Below are positions 17,278 through 27,809 of a stretch of 57,466 bases of DNA, in pieces; positions within the stretch are counted from its first letter, which is position 1; every line of letters begins with the position of its first letter. Source of the stretch: Candidatus Dormiibacterota bacterium. GTDB taxonomy: Bacteria > Chloroflexota > Dormibacteria > CF-121. Made by a program: the position numbers and the translations under genes. The stretch is taken from contig DASTJZ010000075.1 in the NCBI GenBank assembly GCA_035716185.1, positions 1 to 57,466 on the forward strand, in the 5' to 3' direction. Under the pieces are notes generated by a model. The model saw only the letters and a program-made list of their open reading frames with translations, ran no database searches and was not told the origin of the DNA.

Positions 17278-18030
17278 CTACAGAAACTCCAGCGGACGCT
17301 CCGCGTTCGTTTTCATGACGTGTCCCTGCTGCGGCAGGCGCTGACCCACCGCTCCTACAACAACGAGCACCCGGAGAGTGGGTCGGCCGACAACGAGCGG
17401 CTCGAGTACCTGGGCGACGCCGTGCTCGAGCTGATCGCGGCCGAACACCTCTTCCACACCTACCAGACGTCCGACGAAGGGGAGCTGACCCGGCTGCGCG
17501 CCTCGGTCGTCAACACCAAGAGCCTGGCTCGGCTGGCCTCTCGGCTCAGCCTCGGCGATTACCTCTTGTTGGGGAAGGGCGCCCACAAGACCGGCGCCAG
17601 GTCGCTGCAGTCAATCCTGGCCAATACCTTTGAGGCCGTGATCGGCGCCATCTTCCTGGACCAGGGTTATCGGGCGGCCTATCGGCTGTTCAGCCGGAGC
17701 CTGATCGATGTCCAAGCCTGGCCGGACGACAACTACAAGGGTCGTCTCCAGGAAGTCACCCAGGAACGATTCCTGACCACGCCGCAGTACGACATCATCG
17801 GCGCCTCGGGTCCCGGCCATCGTCGGGAGTACACCGCCGAAGTCACCTTCGGCGACGGCATCCGAGGCGTTGGCAGCGGCCGGACCAAGCGGGCAGCCGA
17901 GCAGATGGCGGCGCGCGAGGCGCTCAGCGCGCTGGGAGCGCTCGATCAACCACCTGCGCCCGAAAACGAAGTCCTTGAAGCGGTTGCGGCCGAGGCGCGG
18001 CGCGCACCCGCCAACCAGCCAGCAAACTGA
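17278..18030 (+). CDS. rnc: Ribonuclease III (start codon unresolved)
   Basis: LQKLQRTLRVRFHDVSLLRQALTHRSY, NERLEYLGDAVL, FEAVIGAI, dsRBD YKGRLQE...KRAAEQMAA. The first canonical start (GTG 17320) lies inside the conserved first helix. Confidence 0.95.
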   Translation, partial: LQKLQRTLRVRFHDVSLLRQALTHRSYNNEHPESGSADNERLEYLGDAVLELIAAEHLFHTYQTSDEGELTRLRASVVNTKSLARLASRLSLGDYLLLGKGAHKTGARSLQSILANTFEAVIGAIFLDQGYRAAYRLFSRSLIDVQAWPDDNYKGRLQEVTQERFLTTPQYDIIGASGPGHRREYTAEVTFGDGIRGVGSGRTKRAAEQMAAREALSALGALDQPPAPENEVLEAVAAEARRAPANQPAN

Positions 18031-18161
18031 AACCATGGAAGCCATGTCGATTGCTTTGACGCGCGGTGACATGCTCTAATACGCGTGTGACCCGCGCCGT
18101 GGTCCATGCTTACGTCTCTGCAGGGCGCGATAGCGCTGCCATGGTTATTACGCGCTAGCCC

Positions 18162-21100
18162 GTGTACCTGAAGTCGCTGCGACTGCAGGGGTTCAAGACC
18201 TTTGCGCGCCGCACGGAGCTGCCCTTCAGCCAGGGCATCACCGCCATCGTCGGTCCGAACGGCAGCGGGAAGTCCAATCTCGTCGACGCCATCCGCTGGG
18301 CCCTCGGCGAACGCAACGCCCGCGGACTGCGCGGCCAGCGGATGGAGGACGTCATTTACGCCGGCGGCCCAGGGAAGTCGGCCGTGGGGATGGCTGAGGT
18401 CACGCTGGTCGTCGATAACGCCGACCAACGGCTCAATGTTGAGTTCAGCGAACTCGAGGTTGCTCGTCGCCTCTTCCGCTCCGGGGAAAGCGAGTACCTT
18501 GTCAACGGCAGCCGCGCCCGCCTCAAGGACATCGATGCGCTGCTGGCGAGCACGGGCTTACGGCAGGATGGTTATGCAGTGGTGGCACAGAACGACATCG
18601 ACTTCGTGATCCAGGCGGCGCCGCAGCTGCGACGCGAGCTGATCGAGGAAGCGGCCGGGGTTCGACGGTTGCGCGATCAACGGCAGGAAGCACTGAACCG
18701 ATTGGCCGAGGCGGATCGCGACATGCGACGGGCGCGCGACATCCTCAACGAGCTCAGTCCGCGCGCCGAGGAGCTCCGCGTCCAGGCCGCCGCGGCGGAG
18801 GAGTACCAGAAGGTGGCGCAAGCCCTCAAGGCCCTCCAGGGCAGTCTGGCCCGCGATGCGTGGCGGAAGGCGATGGTCCAGTTGCGCCGCTCGGAAAGCC
18901 GGGTCCAGTCATCGGAGCAGAAGTGCGCGGCGGCGATCCAGGCGGTCGCCGACTTCGAACCGCGCTATGCCGAGCATCGATCCGCGCTGCTCTCGGCGCG
19001 CGAGGCCCGGTGGCGTCATCAGGAGGCGGTCGCGGACCTGCGACTACGCCTCGCGGAGAGCCAGCACCAGGCTCGCATCGCCCAGGAGCGGAATGCCGCT
19101 GCGGTGCAGGCGCTCGAGGCCCTCCAAGGAGAATTGCGGCGGCTCAGTGCATCCGAACGCGCCGGTGGCCGCGTAGTCAAAGAGCTCTCCGACGCGCTCG
19201 AGGCCGCGCGAATGGAGCACGAGGCGGCGGCGGCCGAGCTCCAGGCCGCGGTCGAGGCCGAGCGAACCGCCCGCGAATCACAGGCGGGGCTCGAGGATGA
19301 ACACGTTGCCGGACAGCAGCGCCGGCAGGCGCTTCAGCGCGAGCGCGTCGCGGTGGAGGCGGAGCTGCGCCAGCTCGAAGGCCGTTTGCAGTTCCTCAAC
19401 GAGCAGCAGCACCAGCTACGGGTGCAGCTGGAGGCGTGGTCGCTCAACCATGGCACCTTGACCGAGGAGCTGGAGCGGCGACGTGCTACCGCCGAGACCA
19501 CGCGGCACGAGGTCGAGGAGATCACGGCGGCGACGACGGCCATCGACGACCGGCTCGCCGAGGCAGAGGGCGCGCTCGAGCTTGGGCGCAAGACGGTCGT
19601 TGAGCATGAGGGGCGATTGCGCAGCCTGGAGGCCGAGCTGGGCGCTCTTCGCACCCTTCTCGACCACGCCCAGCGGCATGGCCCGATCCGGAGCAGCGAC
19701 GAATGGGATCGCTTGGTGGCGCTCATCGAGGTCCATCCCAAGGATCGCGTGGCGGTCGAGGCTGCCCTGGAAGGCTGGCTACAGGGTTGGGTTGCCCGCG
19801 ACGACCAGACGTTTGACGACGCAAAGGCGCGCCTGGTCGATGGGACGGATGTCCGGGAGACGTTGCTTCGTCCCGGGCGGCGGCCGCCGGCAGACAGAAT
19901 CGCTGACGATCTGGCGTTCGTCATCGATCTGGTCGGCGCTCCTGAGCATGTCCAGCCGCTTCTTGCACACCTGCTTGGCGACGTTGTCCTCGTGGATGAT
20001 CACGCCGAGGCGCGGGAGGTGATCGACGGCCATCCCGAGCTCCGCGCAGTGACCCGATCCGGCGAGCTCATCAGCGCCGTCTCCTATCGCGGCGGCAAAG
20101 CGGCGGATGCGCTCCTCGACGTGCAGGCCAGAATCCGTGACGCTGAGAATGGCCTCGACGCCGAACGCCAAGCGGCGCTTGTTGCCGCGGAGGAGGTCGA
20201 ACAGCGCGCCGTGCACCGTGCGGCTCTTTTCGAGGAGCGTCGAAAGATCCGGGGTCGATACGACGAATTGCGAACGGCCGCCGCGGAAGCGGCCGGCGCA
20301 TCGGCTGCCGCCGCTGAAGCGCTAGCCCGAGAGACCCAGCAGGAAGCGCAGCTACGCCAGCAGGTGCGCCGGATCGCCGGGTTACTCGAGCAGGCCGAAC
20401 AGTTACACGTAGCTGCTGGCAATCGCCAGCAGGCCACGGCTGAGTCGGAGGCCAGCGCAATCCAGAAGCTGGCCGAGATCGAACAGCGCATTGGCGAGGC
20501 CGGCGCCACGCTGGCGTCCTTGATCGAGCGGCGGCAGGAGACCGAGCTGCGCGCAGCATTGAGGAAGCAACGCCGGGACGACCTTGGGCGCCAGCTCGAG
20601 CGAGCTCAGCAGGTGTTGGAATCGCACGGCAATGAGCTGGCGCAACGTCGCGCCGCCGAGGAAGATCTCGCCGTGCAGCCGGCCCTGATCGCCGAGGAGC
20701 GGCGGCAATGGCTGGAACGAGTCAACGTGCTCGAGCACGAATTGGCCGCTGTCGAGTCGGCCGAACTGCCCGACTCGGAGGCGCTCACCGGCCTCGAGAC
20801 CCAGCTGCATGAGGACGAGCAACGCAATGTCAGCCTCCAGGTGGCGCTGGCCCATGCCGACGACGCCCGCGTCTCGGCGATTTCGGAGCGGGACGCGGCT
20901 CGGGCAGAGGTCGACCGCTGTGCTGCGGCGCTCCACGACAGCGAGCAGCTCGTCGATGAGGCCGAGGAGAGCACGGGAGATGTTGACTGGCAAAAAACCG
21001 AGCGCGACGTCTCTCGCCTGCAGCGCCGCCTCGAGGCTATGGGTGCGGTCAACCTCCTGGCGCCCGATGAGTACGCCCAGGTCAGCGAACGCTGTGACTC

Positions 21101-21674
21101 GCTCGCCTCTCAGCTCGCCGACCTGGAGCAGGCATCGAGCCAGCTGACCGACCTGCGAGTCCGTCTGGAGGCGGAAATCGACGGCCGGTTCCGCACCGTC
21201 TTCCAGGCGGTGGCGGTCAACTTCCAGGAATTCTTCGGTGAGCTCTTTCCTGGCGGGCGCGCTACCCTGCGGTTGGAAGGCCAGCCCGCGGGCAATCCGC
21301 TTGATGACGGCGTCGAGATCCTGGCGCAGACTCCTGGAAAGCGCTTGCAGACGCTCACCCTGCTTTCGGGCGGCGAGCGGGCGCTGACCGCGCTCGCCTT
21401 CCTGTTCGGGCTGCAGGCCGTAAATCCGAGCCCCTTTTATGTGCTCGATGAGGTCGATGCGGCCCTGGATGACGCCAACGTGGTGCGCTTCAACCGCGTG
21501 CTGAAGCGGCTCGCAGCCGGTCAGCAGTTTCTGATCGTCACGCACAACCATTCGACGATGGCGCAGGCCGAGGCGCTCTACGGCGTGACGCTTGCGGAGC
21601 ACGGCATCTCACGGATCGTCTCGGTTCGCTTGCAGCACGACACCCTGGTCCCGGTTGGTGAACGCACCGCCTAA
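18162..21674 (+). CDS. smc: Chromosome segregation ATPase SMC
   Basis: GPNGSGKSN, long coiled coils with hinge, [16 protein letters not shown]. Confidence 0.96.
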   Translation: MYLKSLRLQGFKTFARRTELPFSQGITAIVGPNGSGKSNLVDAIRWALGERNARGLRGQRMEDVIYAGGPGKSAVGMAEVTLVVDNADQRLNVEFSELEVARRLFRSGESEYLVNGSRARLKDIDALLASTGLRQDGYAVVAQNDIDFVIQAAPQLRRELIEEAAGVRRLRDQRQEALNRLAEADRDMRRARDILNELSPRAEELRVQAAAAEEYQKVAQALKALQGSLARDAWRKAMVQLRRSESRVQSSEQKCAAAIQAVADFEPRYAEHRSALLSAREARWRHQEAVADLRLRLAESQHQARIAQERNAAAVQALEALQGELRRLSASERAGGRVVKELSDALEAARMEHEAAAAELQAAVEAERTARESQAGLEDEHVAGQQRRQALQRERVAVEAELRQLEGRLQFLNEQQHQLRVQLEAWSLNHGTLTEELERRRATAETTRHEVEEITAATTAIDDRLAEAEGALELGRKTVVEHEGRLRSLEAELGALRTLLDHAQRHGPIRSSDEWDRLVALIEVHPKDRVAVEAALEGWLQGWVARDDQTFDDAKARLVDGTDVRETLLRPGRRPPADRIADDLAFVIDLVGAPEHVQPLLAHLLGDVVLVDDHAEAREVIDGHPELRAVTRSGELISAVSYRGGKAADALLDVQARIRDAENGLDAERQAALVAAEEVEQRAVHRAALFEERRKIRGRYDELRTAAAEAAGASAAAAEALARETQQEAQLRQQVRRIAGLLEQAEQLHVAAGNRQQATAESEASAIQKLAEIEQRIGEAGATLASLIERRQETELRAALRKQRRDDLGRQLERAQQVLESHGNELAQRRAAEEDLAVQPALIAEERRQWLERVNVLEHELAAVESAELPDSEALTGLETQLHEDEQRNVSLQVALAHADDARVSAISERDAARAEVDRCAAALHDSEQLVDEAEESTGDVDWQKTERDVSRLQRRLEAMGAVNLLAPDEYAQVSERCDSLASQLADLEQASSQLTDLRVRLEAEIDGRFRTVFQAVAVNFQEFFGELFPGGRATLRLEGQPAGNPLDDGVEILAQTPGKRLQTLTLLSGGERALTALAFLFGLQAVNPSPFYVLDEVDAALDDANVVRFNRVLKRLAAGQQFLIVTHNHSTMAQAEALYGVTLAEHGISRIVSVRLQHDTLVPVGERTA

Positions 21675-21686
21675 GACCGGGTTGTA

Positions 21687-22637
21687 ATGCCGGCCGACCC
21701 GGCGGCGCCGGAGCGGGAGGGTTTCTGGAGGCGATTCTCCAGGACGCTGGAAGCGGGGCGACAGGCATACGTCGCCGACATGAAGGAAGTATTCGGACGC
21801 CCGGCCCTCGATGCGGGCTTCTTCGAGGACCTGGAGACGACGCTGATCGCCGCCGATGCCGGCGTCCCCACCACCGAGCGTGTGGTACGCGACCTGCGGC
21901 AACAGGCGGCGGTCGCGCACTTGCGCTCGCCGGTGCAGGCGCTGGGCTATCTGAAAGCCGATCTGCTCAAGACCATGGCGTCCCAGTCGCGAAGCCTCAA
22001 TCTCGAAGGATCGCCCGCGATCATTCTGGTCGTCGGCGTGAACGGGTCGGGCAAGACGACGACCATCGCCAAACTGGCCCACCTGTTGCGGAGCGAGGGT
22101 CGCCGGCCGTTGCTGGCGGCTGCCGACACCTATCGTGCCGCTGCCATCGACCAGCTCAAGCTGTGGGCCCAGCGGGCACAGGTCGATGTCGTCGCCCACC
22201 AACCCGGCTCCGATCCCGGCGCGGTAGCTTTCGATGCGGTCCAGGCGGCACGGGCGCGCGGCGCCAGCCCGGTGATCATCGATACGGCCGGCCGGCTCCA
22301 CACGCGCACTGACTTGATGGAAGAGGTGCGCAAAGTCCGGCGCGTCTTGCAGCGGCTGGACGAGCACGCACCACAGGAGGTGCTGGCCGTCCTGGACGCG
22401 CATATCGGGCAAAACTCGGCCCAGCAGGTTAAGGTGTTTCAGGAAGCGACCGGCCTGACCGGCCTCGCGGTGACGAAGATGGACGGCAGCGCCCGGGCCG
22501 GTGTCATCCTTAGTATCGAAGCGGAGCTCTCAGTCCCGGTGAAACTCGTCGGCATCGGCGAGGGCCTCGACGATCTGAATCGATTCGACCCGGAGCGATA
22601 CCTCGACGCATTGCTGCGCATGGAGGAGGGCGTATGA
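21687..22637 (+). CDS. ftsY: SRP receptor FtsY (NG only, no acidic domain)
   Basis: GVNGSGKTT, DTYRAAA, DTAGR, TKMDG. Confidence 0.96.
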   Translation: MPADPAAPEREGFWRRFSRTLEAGRQAYVADMKEVFGRPALDAGFFEDLETTLIAADAGVPTTERVVRDLRQQAAVAHLRSPVQALGYLKADLLKTMASQSRSLNLEGSPAIILVVGVNGSGKTTTIAKLAHLLRSEGRRPLLAAADTYRAAAIDQLKLWAQRAQVDVVAHQPGSDPGAVAFDAVQAARARGASPVIIDTAGRLHTRTDLMEEVRKVRRVLQRLDEHAPQEVLAVLDAHIGQNSAQQVKVFQEATGLTGLAVTKMDGSARAGVILSIEAELSVPVKLVGIGEGLDDLNRFDPERYLDALLRMEEGV

Positions 22638-22897
22638 ATTCGGATCAGAAGACCGATGCGTTCGTGAAGCTCGTGACGGCCAGCGGGCTATCCGAGGCGG
22701 ATACCTGGAAGGCGGTCCTCGAGGCCTCCGGCATTCCGGTTTTTCTTCGGCATGAGGCGCTCATGACCGTGGTGCCCGAGACCGCGGGGGACATTGCCGC
22801 GGTCGACCTCTGGGTGCCGCGCGAGCAGGCCGTGCAAGCGATGGAGATTCTGCAGGACGAGCGCGTCGAGCCAACCGACGAGGACCAGCTACCCTGA
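22634..22897 (+). CDS. DUF2007-like putative signal-transducing protein
   Basis: EA..WKAVLEASGIP....E...VDLWVP.E....A.EIL pattern; SD GGAGG; ATGA overlap. Confidence 0.7.
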   Translation: MNSDQKTDAFVKLVTASGLSEADTWKAVLEASGIPVFLRHEALMTVVPETAGDIAAVDLWVPREQAVQAMEILQDERVEPTDEDQLP

Positions 22898-23025
22898 CCG
22901 TCCTCCTGACTGTCCTCGCCGGCATCGTCGCGACCGTCGCATTGCTGGCCGCCGTCGTCGGCACGCTCTGGCTGGTGCAATTCGTCCTCAACAACGAGGA
23001 GAAGAGGGGCCGGGAAGGCCGCTAG
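22894..23025 (+). CDS. 43-aa single-TM microprotein with CTG start (CTGA overlap)
   Basis: (M)TVLLTVLAGIVATVALLAAVVGTLWLVQFVLNNEEKRGREGR*; GAGGA 9 nt upstream; fills the gap before ylxM. Confidence 0.6.
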   Translation: MTVLLTVLAGIVATVALLAAVVGTLWLVQFVLNNEEKRGREGR

Positions 23026-23053
23026 CCCGAAGCGGCTATACTGTCAAGGCTAA

Positions 23054-23296
23054 ATGCTTGACAGAACTCGACGCCGTCAGCGCCAGCTGCGCCTGCTCGA
23101 CCTCTACGGCTCGCTGTTGACCGAACACCAGCGCCATATCCTGCACCTGGCCTGGGAGCTGGACTGGTCCTATGGCGAGATCGCGGCGAAAGAGCGGGTG
23201 TCGCGCACCGCCATCTATGACGTGGTGCGGCGGACCACCGTGAACCTCGACGACTACGAGCGCAAGCTCGGCCTGGAGCGTGCCCAGCGTGTTTGA
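23054..23296 (+). CDS. ylxM: YlxM/UPF0122 HTH protein
   Basis: LLDLYGSLLTEHQR...DWSYGEIA....VSRTAIYD; canonical position before ffh. Confidence 0.9.
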   Translation: MLDRTRRRQRQLRLLDLYGSLLTEHQRHILHLAWELDWSYGEIAAKERVSRTAIYDVVRRTTVNLDDYERKLGLERAQRV

Positions 23297-24626
23297 CACC
23301 CTGACCGAACGCCTCGACCAGGCGCTCAAGAAGTTGACCGGACGCGGCAAGTTGAGCGAAGCCGATGTCGATGCCGGCCTGCGCGAGGTCCGGCTGGCGT
23401 TGCTCGAGGCCGACGTCAACTACAAGGTCGTCAAGGACTTCGTCGCCGGAATTCGGCTCCGGGCCATCGGCGCCGAAGTGATGGACAGCCTCAACCCGGG
23501 CCAGCAGATCGTAAAGATCGTTGACGAAGAACTGGTCAGGCTGCTGGGCGAGCGGGTCCCCATGAGCTACGCGCCCTCACCGCCAACCGTGATCGTGCTC
23601 GCTGGGCTGCAGGGTTCGGGAAAGACGACTACGGCGGGCAAGCTTGCCCTCTATGTTCGTCGTGAAGGCCACCGGCCGTTGCTGGTCTCGACCGACGTCC
23701 GGCGGCCGGCAGCGATGGAACAGCTCGAGGTCCTCGCCAAGAGCATCAACGCCCCGTCGTTCGCGCCGCGCGGCACGGACCCGGTGACCATTGCCCGCGA
23801 ATCGCTGCCGGAGGCACGGCGAGTCAACGCGGACGTCGTGCTGATCGATACCGCCGGCCGCCTGCAGGTCGACCAGGACTTGCTCGATGAGCTGAAACGG
23901 ATCGTCCAGGCCGTGCCGGCACAGCATCGCCTGCTGGTGCTGGACGCGATGACCGGCCAGCAGGCGGTGAGCGTCACCACCGCCTTTCAGCAGACCATTT
24001 CGCTGAGCGGCGCCATCCTGACCAAGCTGGATGGCGATGCTCGTGGTGGCGCCGCGCTCTCCCTGCGGGCTGTCACGGAAACTCCGATCCAGTTTGTTGG
24101 CGTGGGTGAGAAGCTGACGGACTTCGAGGTCTTCCACCCCGACCGGATGGCATCACGCATCCTGGGAATGGGTGACGTGCTCACGCTGATCGAGAAGGCA
24201 CAGGAGCAGGTCGACGAAACCCAGGCCCGGGTCATGGAAAAAAAGCTCCGCACCGGCCAGTTGACCTTGACCGATTTCATGGAGCAGCTCAAACAGGTCA
24301 AGAAGATGGGACCGCTGGAAGGGATTATCGGCATGCTGCCTGGCGCCGGCAAGATCAAAAACCTGGCGGGCGCCATGCCCAGCGACGACCAGCTGAAAGA
24401 GATGGAGGCCATCATCCTGTCGATGACGCCAACGGAGCGTGAGCGTCCGGAGACCATCGATGGCAGCCGCCGCCGGCGTATCGCACGCGGTGCCGGGACC
24501 GATCTGGCCGCCGTCAACCGACTGCTGAAAGGATTCCAGCAAATGCAGACCCTGATGCGACAGATGGGGAAGGGAAGAGGCATCAAGGGGTTGCCCATCG
24601 ACCCCGCGCAACTGTTGAGAGGTTAA
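23289..24626 (+). CDS. ffh: Signal recognition particle protein Ffh
   Basis: MFDTLTERL, GLQGSGKTT, DTAGRL, TKLDGDARGG, RILGMGD, M-domain SRRRRIARG. Confidence 0.97.
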   Translation: MFDTLTERLDQALKKLTGRGKLSEADVDAGLREVRLALLEADVNYKVVKDFVAGIRLRAIGAEVMDSLNPGQQIVKIVDEELVRLLGERVPMSYAPSPPTVIVLAGLQGSGKTTTAGKLALYVRREGHRPLLVSTDVRRPAAMEQLEVLAKSINAPSFAPRGTDPVTIARESLPEARRVNADVVLIDTAGRLQVDQDLLDELKRIVQAVPAQHRLLVLDAMTGQQAVSVTTAFQQTISLSGAILTKLDGDARGGAALSLRAVTETPIQFVGVGEKLTDFEVFHPDRMASRILGMGDVLTLIEKAQEQVDETQARVMEKKLRTGQLTLTDFMEQLKQVKKMGPLEGIIGMLPGAGKIKNLAGAMPSDDQLKEMEAIILSMTPTERERPETIDGSRRRRIARGAGTDLAAVNRLLKGFQQMQTLMRQMGKGRGIKGLPIDPAQLLRG

Positions 24627-24637
24627 AGGAGGTTTAG

Positions 24638-24976
24638 TTGTCCGTAAAAATTCGACTGCGACGTATCGGCGCGAAGAAGCACCCGTTCTATCGGCTCGTG
24701 GTGGCGGATACCCGGTCACCGCGCGACGGCAAGTTCATCGAGATCCTCGGCACCTACGACCCCATGACCGAGCCCGTCAAGCTGAACCTTGACCAGGACA
24801 AGATCAAGGCCTGGCTGCAGAAGGGTGCCCGGCCGTCGGACACGGCACGGGCGTTCCTGATCGGCCAGGGTTTGCTGCCCAAGGAGTCGGCGAAGAAGCG
24901 GCCGACCAAGCCGCCGAAGAGCGCCGCCGAGAAGGCCGCGCCTGAGCCCGCCGCGGCTGCACCGGCGGAGGGCTGA
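24638..24976 (+). CDS. rpsP: 30S ribosomal protein S16 with C-terminal extension
   Basis: VKIRLRRIGAKKHPFYRLVVADTRSPRDGKFIE; SD AAGGAGG. Confidence 0.97.
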   Translation: MSVKIRLRRIGAKKHPFYRLVVADTRSPRDGKFIEILGTYDPMTEPVKLNLDQDKIKAWLQKGARPSDTARAFLIGQGLLPKESAKKRPTKPPKSAAEKAAPEPAAAAPAEG

Positions 24977-24978
24977 TC

Positions 24979-25215
24979 GTGTACGACTACACCGACCTGG
25001 TGGGCTACATCATCAAGGCAATGGTGTCGAAGCCCGAAGACGTGCGGGTGGCTATGGTGGAAGGCGAGCGCACCAACCGCGTGGAGGTTTCGCTCGCGAA
25101 TGAGGACGTCGGCAAAGTGATCGGCCGGGGAGGGCGAAACATCGACGCTATTCGCGCCGTGGTGCGGGCCGCGGCGCTCAAAAACCACGATCGGGTGATG
25201 GTCGAGATCGTGTGA
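24979..25215 (+). CDS. khpA: KH-domain RNA-binding protein (KhpA/YlqC)
   Basis: DVGKVIGRGGRNIDAIR; located between rpsP and rimM. Confidence 0.88.
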   Translation: MYDYTDLVGYIIKAMVSKPEDVRVAMVEGERTNRVEVSLANEDVGKVIGRGGRNIDAIRAVVRAAALKNHDRVMVEIV

Positions 25216-25721
25216 CCGACGGCGGGCAACCCGAGCTGCGCATCGGCCGGGTGCTGCGAGCGCATGGCCTCAATGGCGCCGTCCGAGTCGAGCTTCTCAC
25301 CGATTTCCCCGATCGGTTTCGACGCGGCAGCGAGATTCAGGTGGCCGGCCGGCACCTGGTGGTGGCGAGCTCACAGCCCCAGGACGGCAGCGTCCTTCTC
25401 ACGTTTGAGGGGGTGCACGACCGCAACGCGGCCGAGGCGCTGGTCGGAGCCTATTGCACGCTCCCACTCTCAGCCGCCCGCGAGCTTCCCGCCGACCACT
25501 TTTATTCATTCCAGCTGGTGGGTCTCAGGGTCGTCGATGCGCGGCGGCAACGCCAGCTCGGCACGGTGGCCGAGGTGCTGAGCTATGCGGCCAACGACGT
25601 CTTGCGAGTTGTCGACGGTCGCAGGGAAATCCTGGTTCCTATGGTCAAGAGCGTGGTGCAGACCATCGATCCAGCCGGCGGCACCATCACCATTGATCTT
25701 CCCGAGGAGACCACGGCGTGA
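25212..25721 (+). CDS. rimM: Ribosome maturation factor RimM
   Basis: [36 protein letters not shown]. Confidence 0.93.
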   Translation: MTDGGQPELRIGRVLRAHGLNGAVRVELLTDFPDRFRRGSEIQVAGRHLVVASSQPQDGSVLLTFEGVHDRNAAEALVGAYCTLPLSAARELPADHFYSFQLVGLRVVDARRQRQLGTVAEVLSYAANDVLRVVDGRREILVPMVKSVVQTIDPAGGTITIDLPEETTA

Positions 25722-26392
25722 TCGTCGAGGTCCTGACCCTGTTCCCCGGTCTCTTCCCCGGCCCGCTGACCTCCGGCGTCACCGGGCGGGGGATGGCCGC
25801 AGGGCTCGTCAGCCTCCGCATCCACAACCTCCGCGATTACACCCATGACCGTCATCGGCAGGTGGACGATGTGCCCTACGGCGGCGGCGCCGGAATGGTG
25901 CTGAAGCCCGAACCGATCTTCGAAGCGGTTCGGGCGCGCGATGGGAAGGGGCCGGTGATCCTGCTGAGTCCGCAAGGCGAGCGACTCAACCAGGGCATCG
26001 TTCGCGAGCTCGCGACGCATGACAACATCTATCTGATCTGCGGGCGTTACGAAGGCGTCGATGAACGTGTGGCGGCCAATCTGGTGGATCGCGAGATCTC
26101 GATCGGTGATTACGTGCTGACAGGTGGCGAGCTGCCGGCGATGGTGGTCATCGACGCCGTCAGCCGCCTGGTCGCCGGGGTGCTGGGATCCGAGGAATCG
26201 CCTAAAGACGAATCCTTCGCCGAGCACTTGCTCGAGTACCCGCACTACACGCGGCCCTCGGTCTTCGAGGGTCACGCCGTACCCGACATCCTGCTCTCCG
26301 GGCATCATGCCGAGATCGAGCGCTGGCGCCGGGAGCAAGCTGCTGAGCGCACCCGCCGCCGCCGTCCTGACCTGCTGCGGGACAACGGATGA
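25718..26392 (+). CDS. trmD: tRNA (guanine37-N1)-methyltransferase
   Basis: [42 protein letters not shown]. Confidence 0.97.
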   Translation: MIVEVLTLFPGLFPGPLTSGVTGRGMAAGLVSLRIHNLRDYTHDRHRQVDDVPYGGGAGMVLKPEPIFEAVRARDGKGPVILLSPQGERLNQGIVRELATHDNIYLICGRYEGVDERVAANLVDREISIGDYVLTGGELPAMVVIDAVSRLVAGVLGSEESPKDESFAEHLLEYPHYTRPSVFEGHAVPDILLSGHHAEIERWRREQAAERTRRRRPDLLRDNG

Positions 26393-26823
26393 TATCCTTG
26401 GAGGCCGTGTCTAACGTCATCGATCTGCTCCAGGCCGAAGCCAAGCGCGAAAAAGTGCCGACGCTGACGGCGGGAGACACCGTCAAAGTGCATGCCCGTG
26501 TCGTCGAAGGGAACCGCGAGCGCGTGCAGATCTTCGAAGGCACGGTGATCGGCCTGCGAGGCAGCGGCACGAAAGAAACGTTCACGGTTCGGCGTATCGC
26601 CCATGGCGTGGGCGTCGAGCGCAGCTTCTTGCTGCACTCACCGCGGATCGACCGGATCGATGTGGTCCGGCACGGCAAGGTGCGTCGGGCCAAGCTGTAC
26701 TACCTGCGAGGAAAGGTTGGGAAGAGTGCCCGCATCCGAGAAAAGCGTCAAGCTGTCGCCGGCAGCGCGCCCGTCGACCGAGAAACCGCCACCGAAGAAA
26801 CGCCCGAAAGCGCCGAAAGCTGA
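26389..26823 (+). CDS. rplS: 50S ribosomal protein L19
   Basis: [39 protein letters not shown]. Confidence 0.97.
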   Translation: MISLEAVSNVIDLLQAEAKREKVPTLTAGDTVKVHARVVEGNRERVQIFEGTVIGLRGSGTKETFTVRRIAHGVGVERSFLLHSPRIDRIDVVRHGKVRRAKLYYLRGKVGKSARIREKRQAVAGSAPVDRETATEETPESAES

Positions 26824-27469
26824 CCGGGACCTCTGGGTCTTCGAGCGTCAGGCGTTCGGGCTCGGCTATGCGACGGTTGCCGGCGTCGACGAGGCCGGCC
26901 GTGGGCCCTGGGCGGGCCCGGTGGTGGCCGGCGCCGCCATCATGCGGCCCTACTTTCACTGCGAGGGCATCGACGATTCCAAGCTCCTCACCGCGGAAGA
27001 ACGAGACCACTATTACGACTGCATCCTTGACGGGGCCGAGGCCTGGGGCGTCGGCATCGTTGGGGTGGATGAGATCGACCGCGTCGGCGTCGGGCGCGCG
27101 GCCAAATGGGCGATGTGCATCGCGCTCCAGCAGCTGCGCCGGCCGATCGACTATCTCCTGGTCGACGGCTTTCTGCTGCCCGAGGCACTATATCCCCAGC
27201 TGCCCATCGTGAAGGGCGATCGCCGTTCGATCTCAATCATGTCCGGCGGGATCCTCGCCAAGGTCACCCGTGACCGCATCATGATCCGGATGGCCGAACG
27301 CTTTCCGGGCTATGGCTTCGAGGCACACAAGGGTTATCCGACTCCCGAACACCTCGTGGCCATGGACCGGCGTGGCCTCTCACCGCTGCATCGCCGGTCG
27401 TTCGTCTCCATCCGGACCCGTGCGGAACTCGAAGCGGCCGCCTATGCCAGTCAGTCCGCTCGGGACTAG
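26726..27469 (+). CDS. rnhB: Ribonuclease HII
   Basis: [44 protein letters not shown]; the nearest canonical start, GTG 26726, lies within rplS. Confidence 0.93.
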   Translation: MPASEKSVKLSPAARPSTEKPPPKKRPKAPKADRDLWVFERQAFGLGYATVAGVDEAGRGPWAGPVVAGAAIMRPYFHCEGIDDSKLLTAEERDHYYDCILDGAEAWGVGIVGVDEIDRVGVGRAAKWAMCIALQQLRRPIDYLLVDGFLLPEALYPQLPIVKGDRRSISIMSGGILAKVTRDRIMIRMAERFPGYGFEAHKGYPTPEHLVAMDRRGLSPLHRRSFVSIRTRAELEAAAYASQSARD

Positions 27470-27797
27470 CGGCGAGGCACTCGCGGAGGACCATCTCCGG
27501 GGTCTGGGCTACGAAATCGTTGGACGCGACGTCCGGACACCGCTGGGCCAGCTCGATCTGGTGGCGGTCGACGGGCCGACCCTCGTCTTCGTCGAGGTAA
27601 AAACCCGGGCGGGACACGGCTTCGGCCTTCCACAGGAGGCCGTCGACTACCGCAAAATTCGAAAGCTGCGGCAGCTGGGGCTGTACTACTTGAAGATGCG
27701 TCCGCATCGAGGGCCGGTTCGCTTCGACGTGGTCGGCTTGACGATGACCAATGGGCGTCTCGCCCGGGTCGACCACATCAAGAACGCCATCGATTGA
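27444..27797 (+). CDS. yraN: YraN family (UPF0102) PD-(D/E)xK protein
   Basis: G..GE..A..L...GY.I, GQLDLV, VFVEVKTR, EAVD.RK, VRFDVV. Confidence 0.9.
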   Translation: MPVSPLGTSGEALAEDHLRGLGYEIVGRDVRTPLGQLDLVAVDGPTLVFVEVKTRAGHGFGLPQEAVDYRKIRKLRQLGLYYLKMRPHRGPVRFDVVGLTMTNGRLARVDHIKNAID

Positions 27798-27809
27798 CGA
27801 GCAGCCGCC

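Noticed and set aside
20403-21602. Long antisense ORFs (also 35452..36588, 47686..48963, 52480..53715, 29251..30717 and others)
   Set aside because: Shadow frames of well-supported genes in high-GC DNA, with no recognisable motifs.
21675-24637. SRP RNA (ffs) near ftsY/ffh
   Set aside because: No intergenic space and no helix-8 motif seen.
17240-26825. prfB-like +1 frameshifts at acpP (ACC TGA G) and rplS (AGC TGA C)
   Set aside because: The P-site codons cannot re-pair in the +1 frame and there is no properly placed internal SD.
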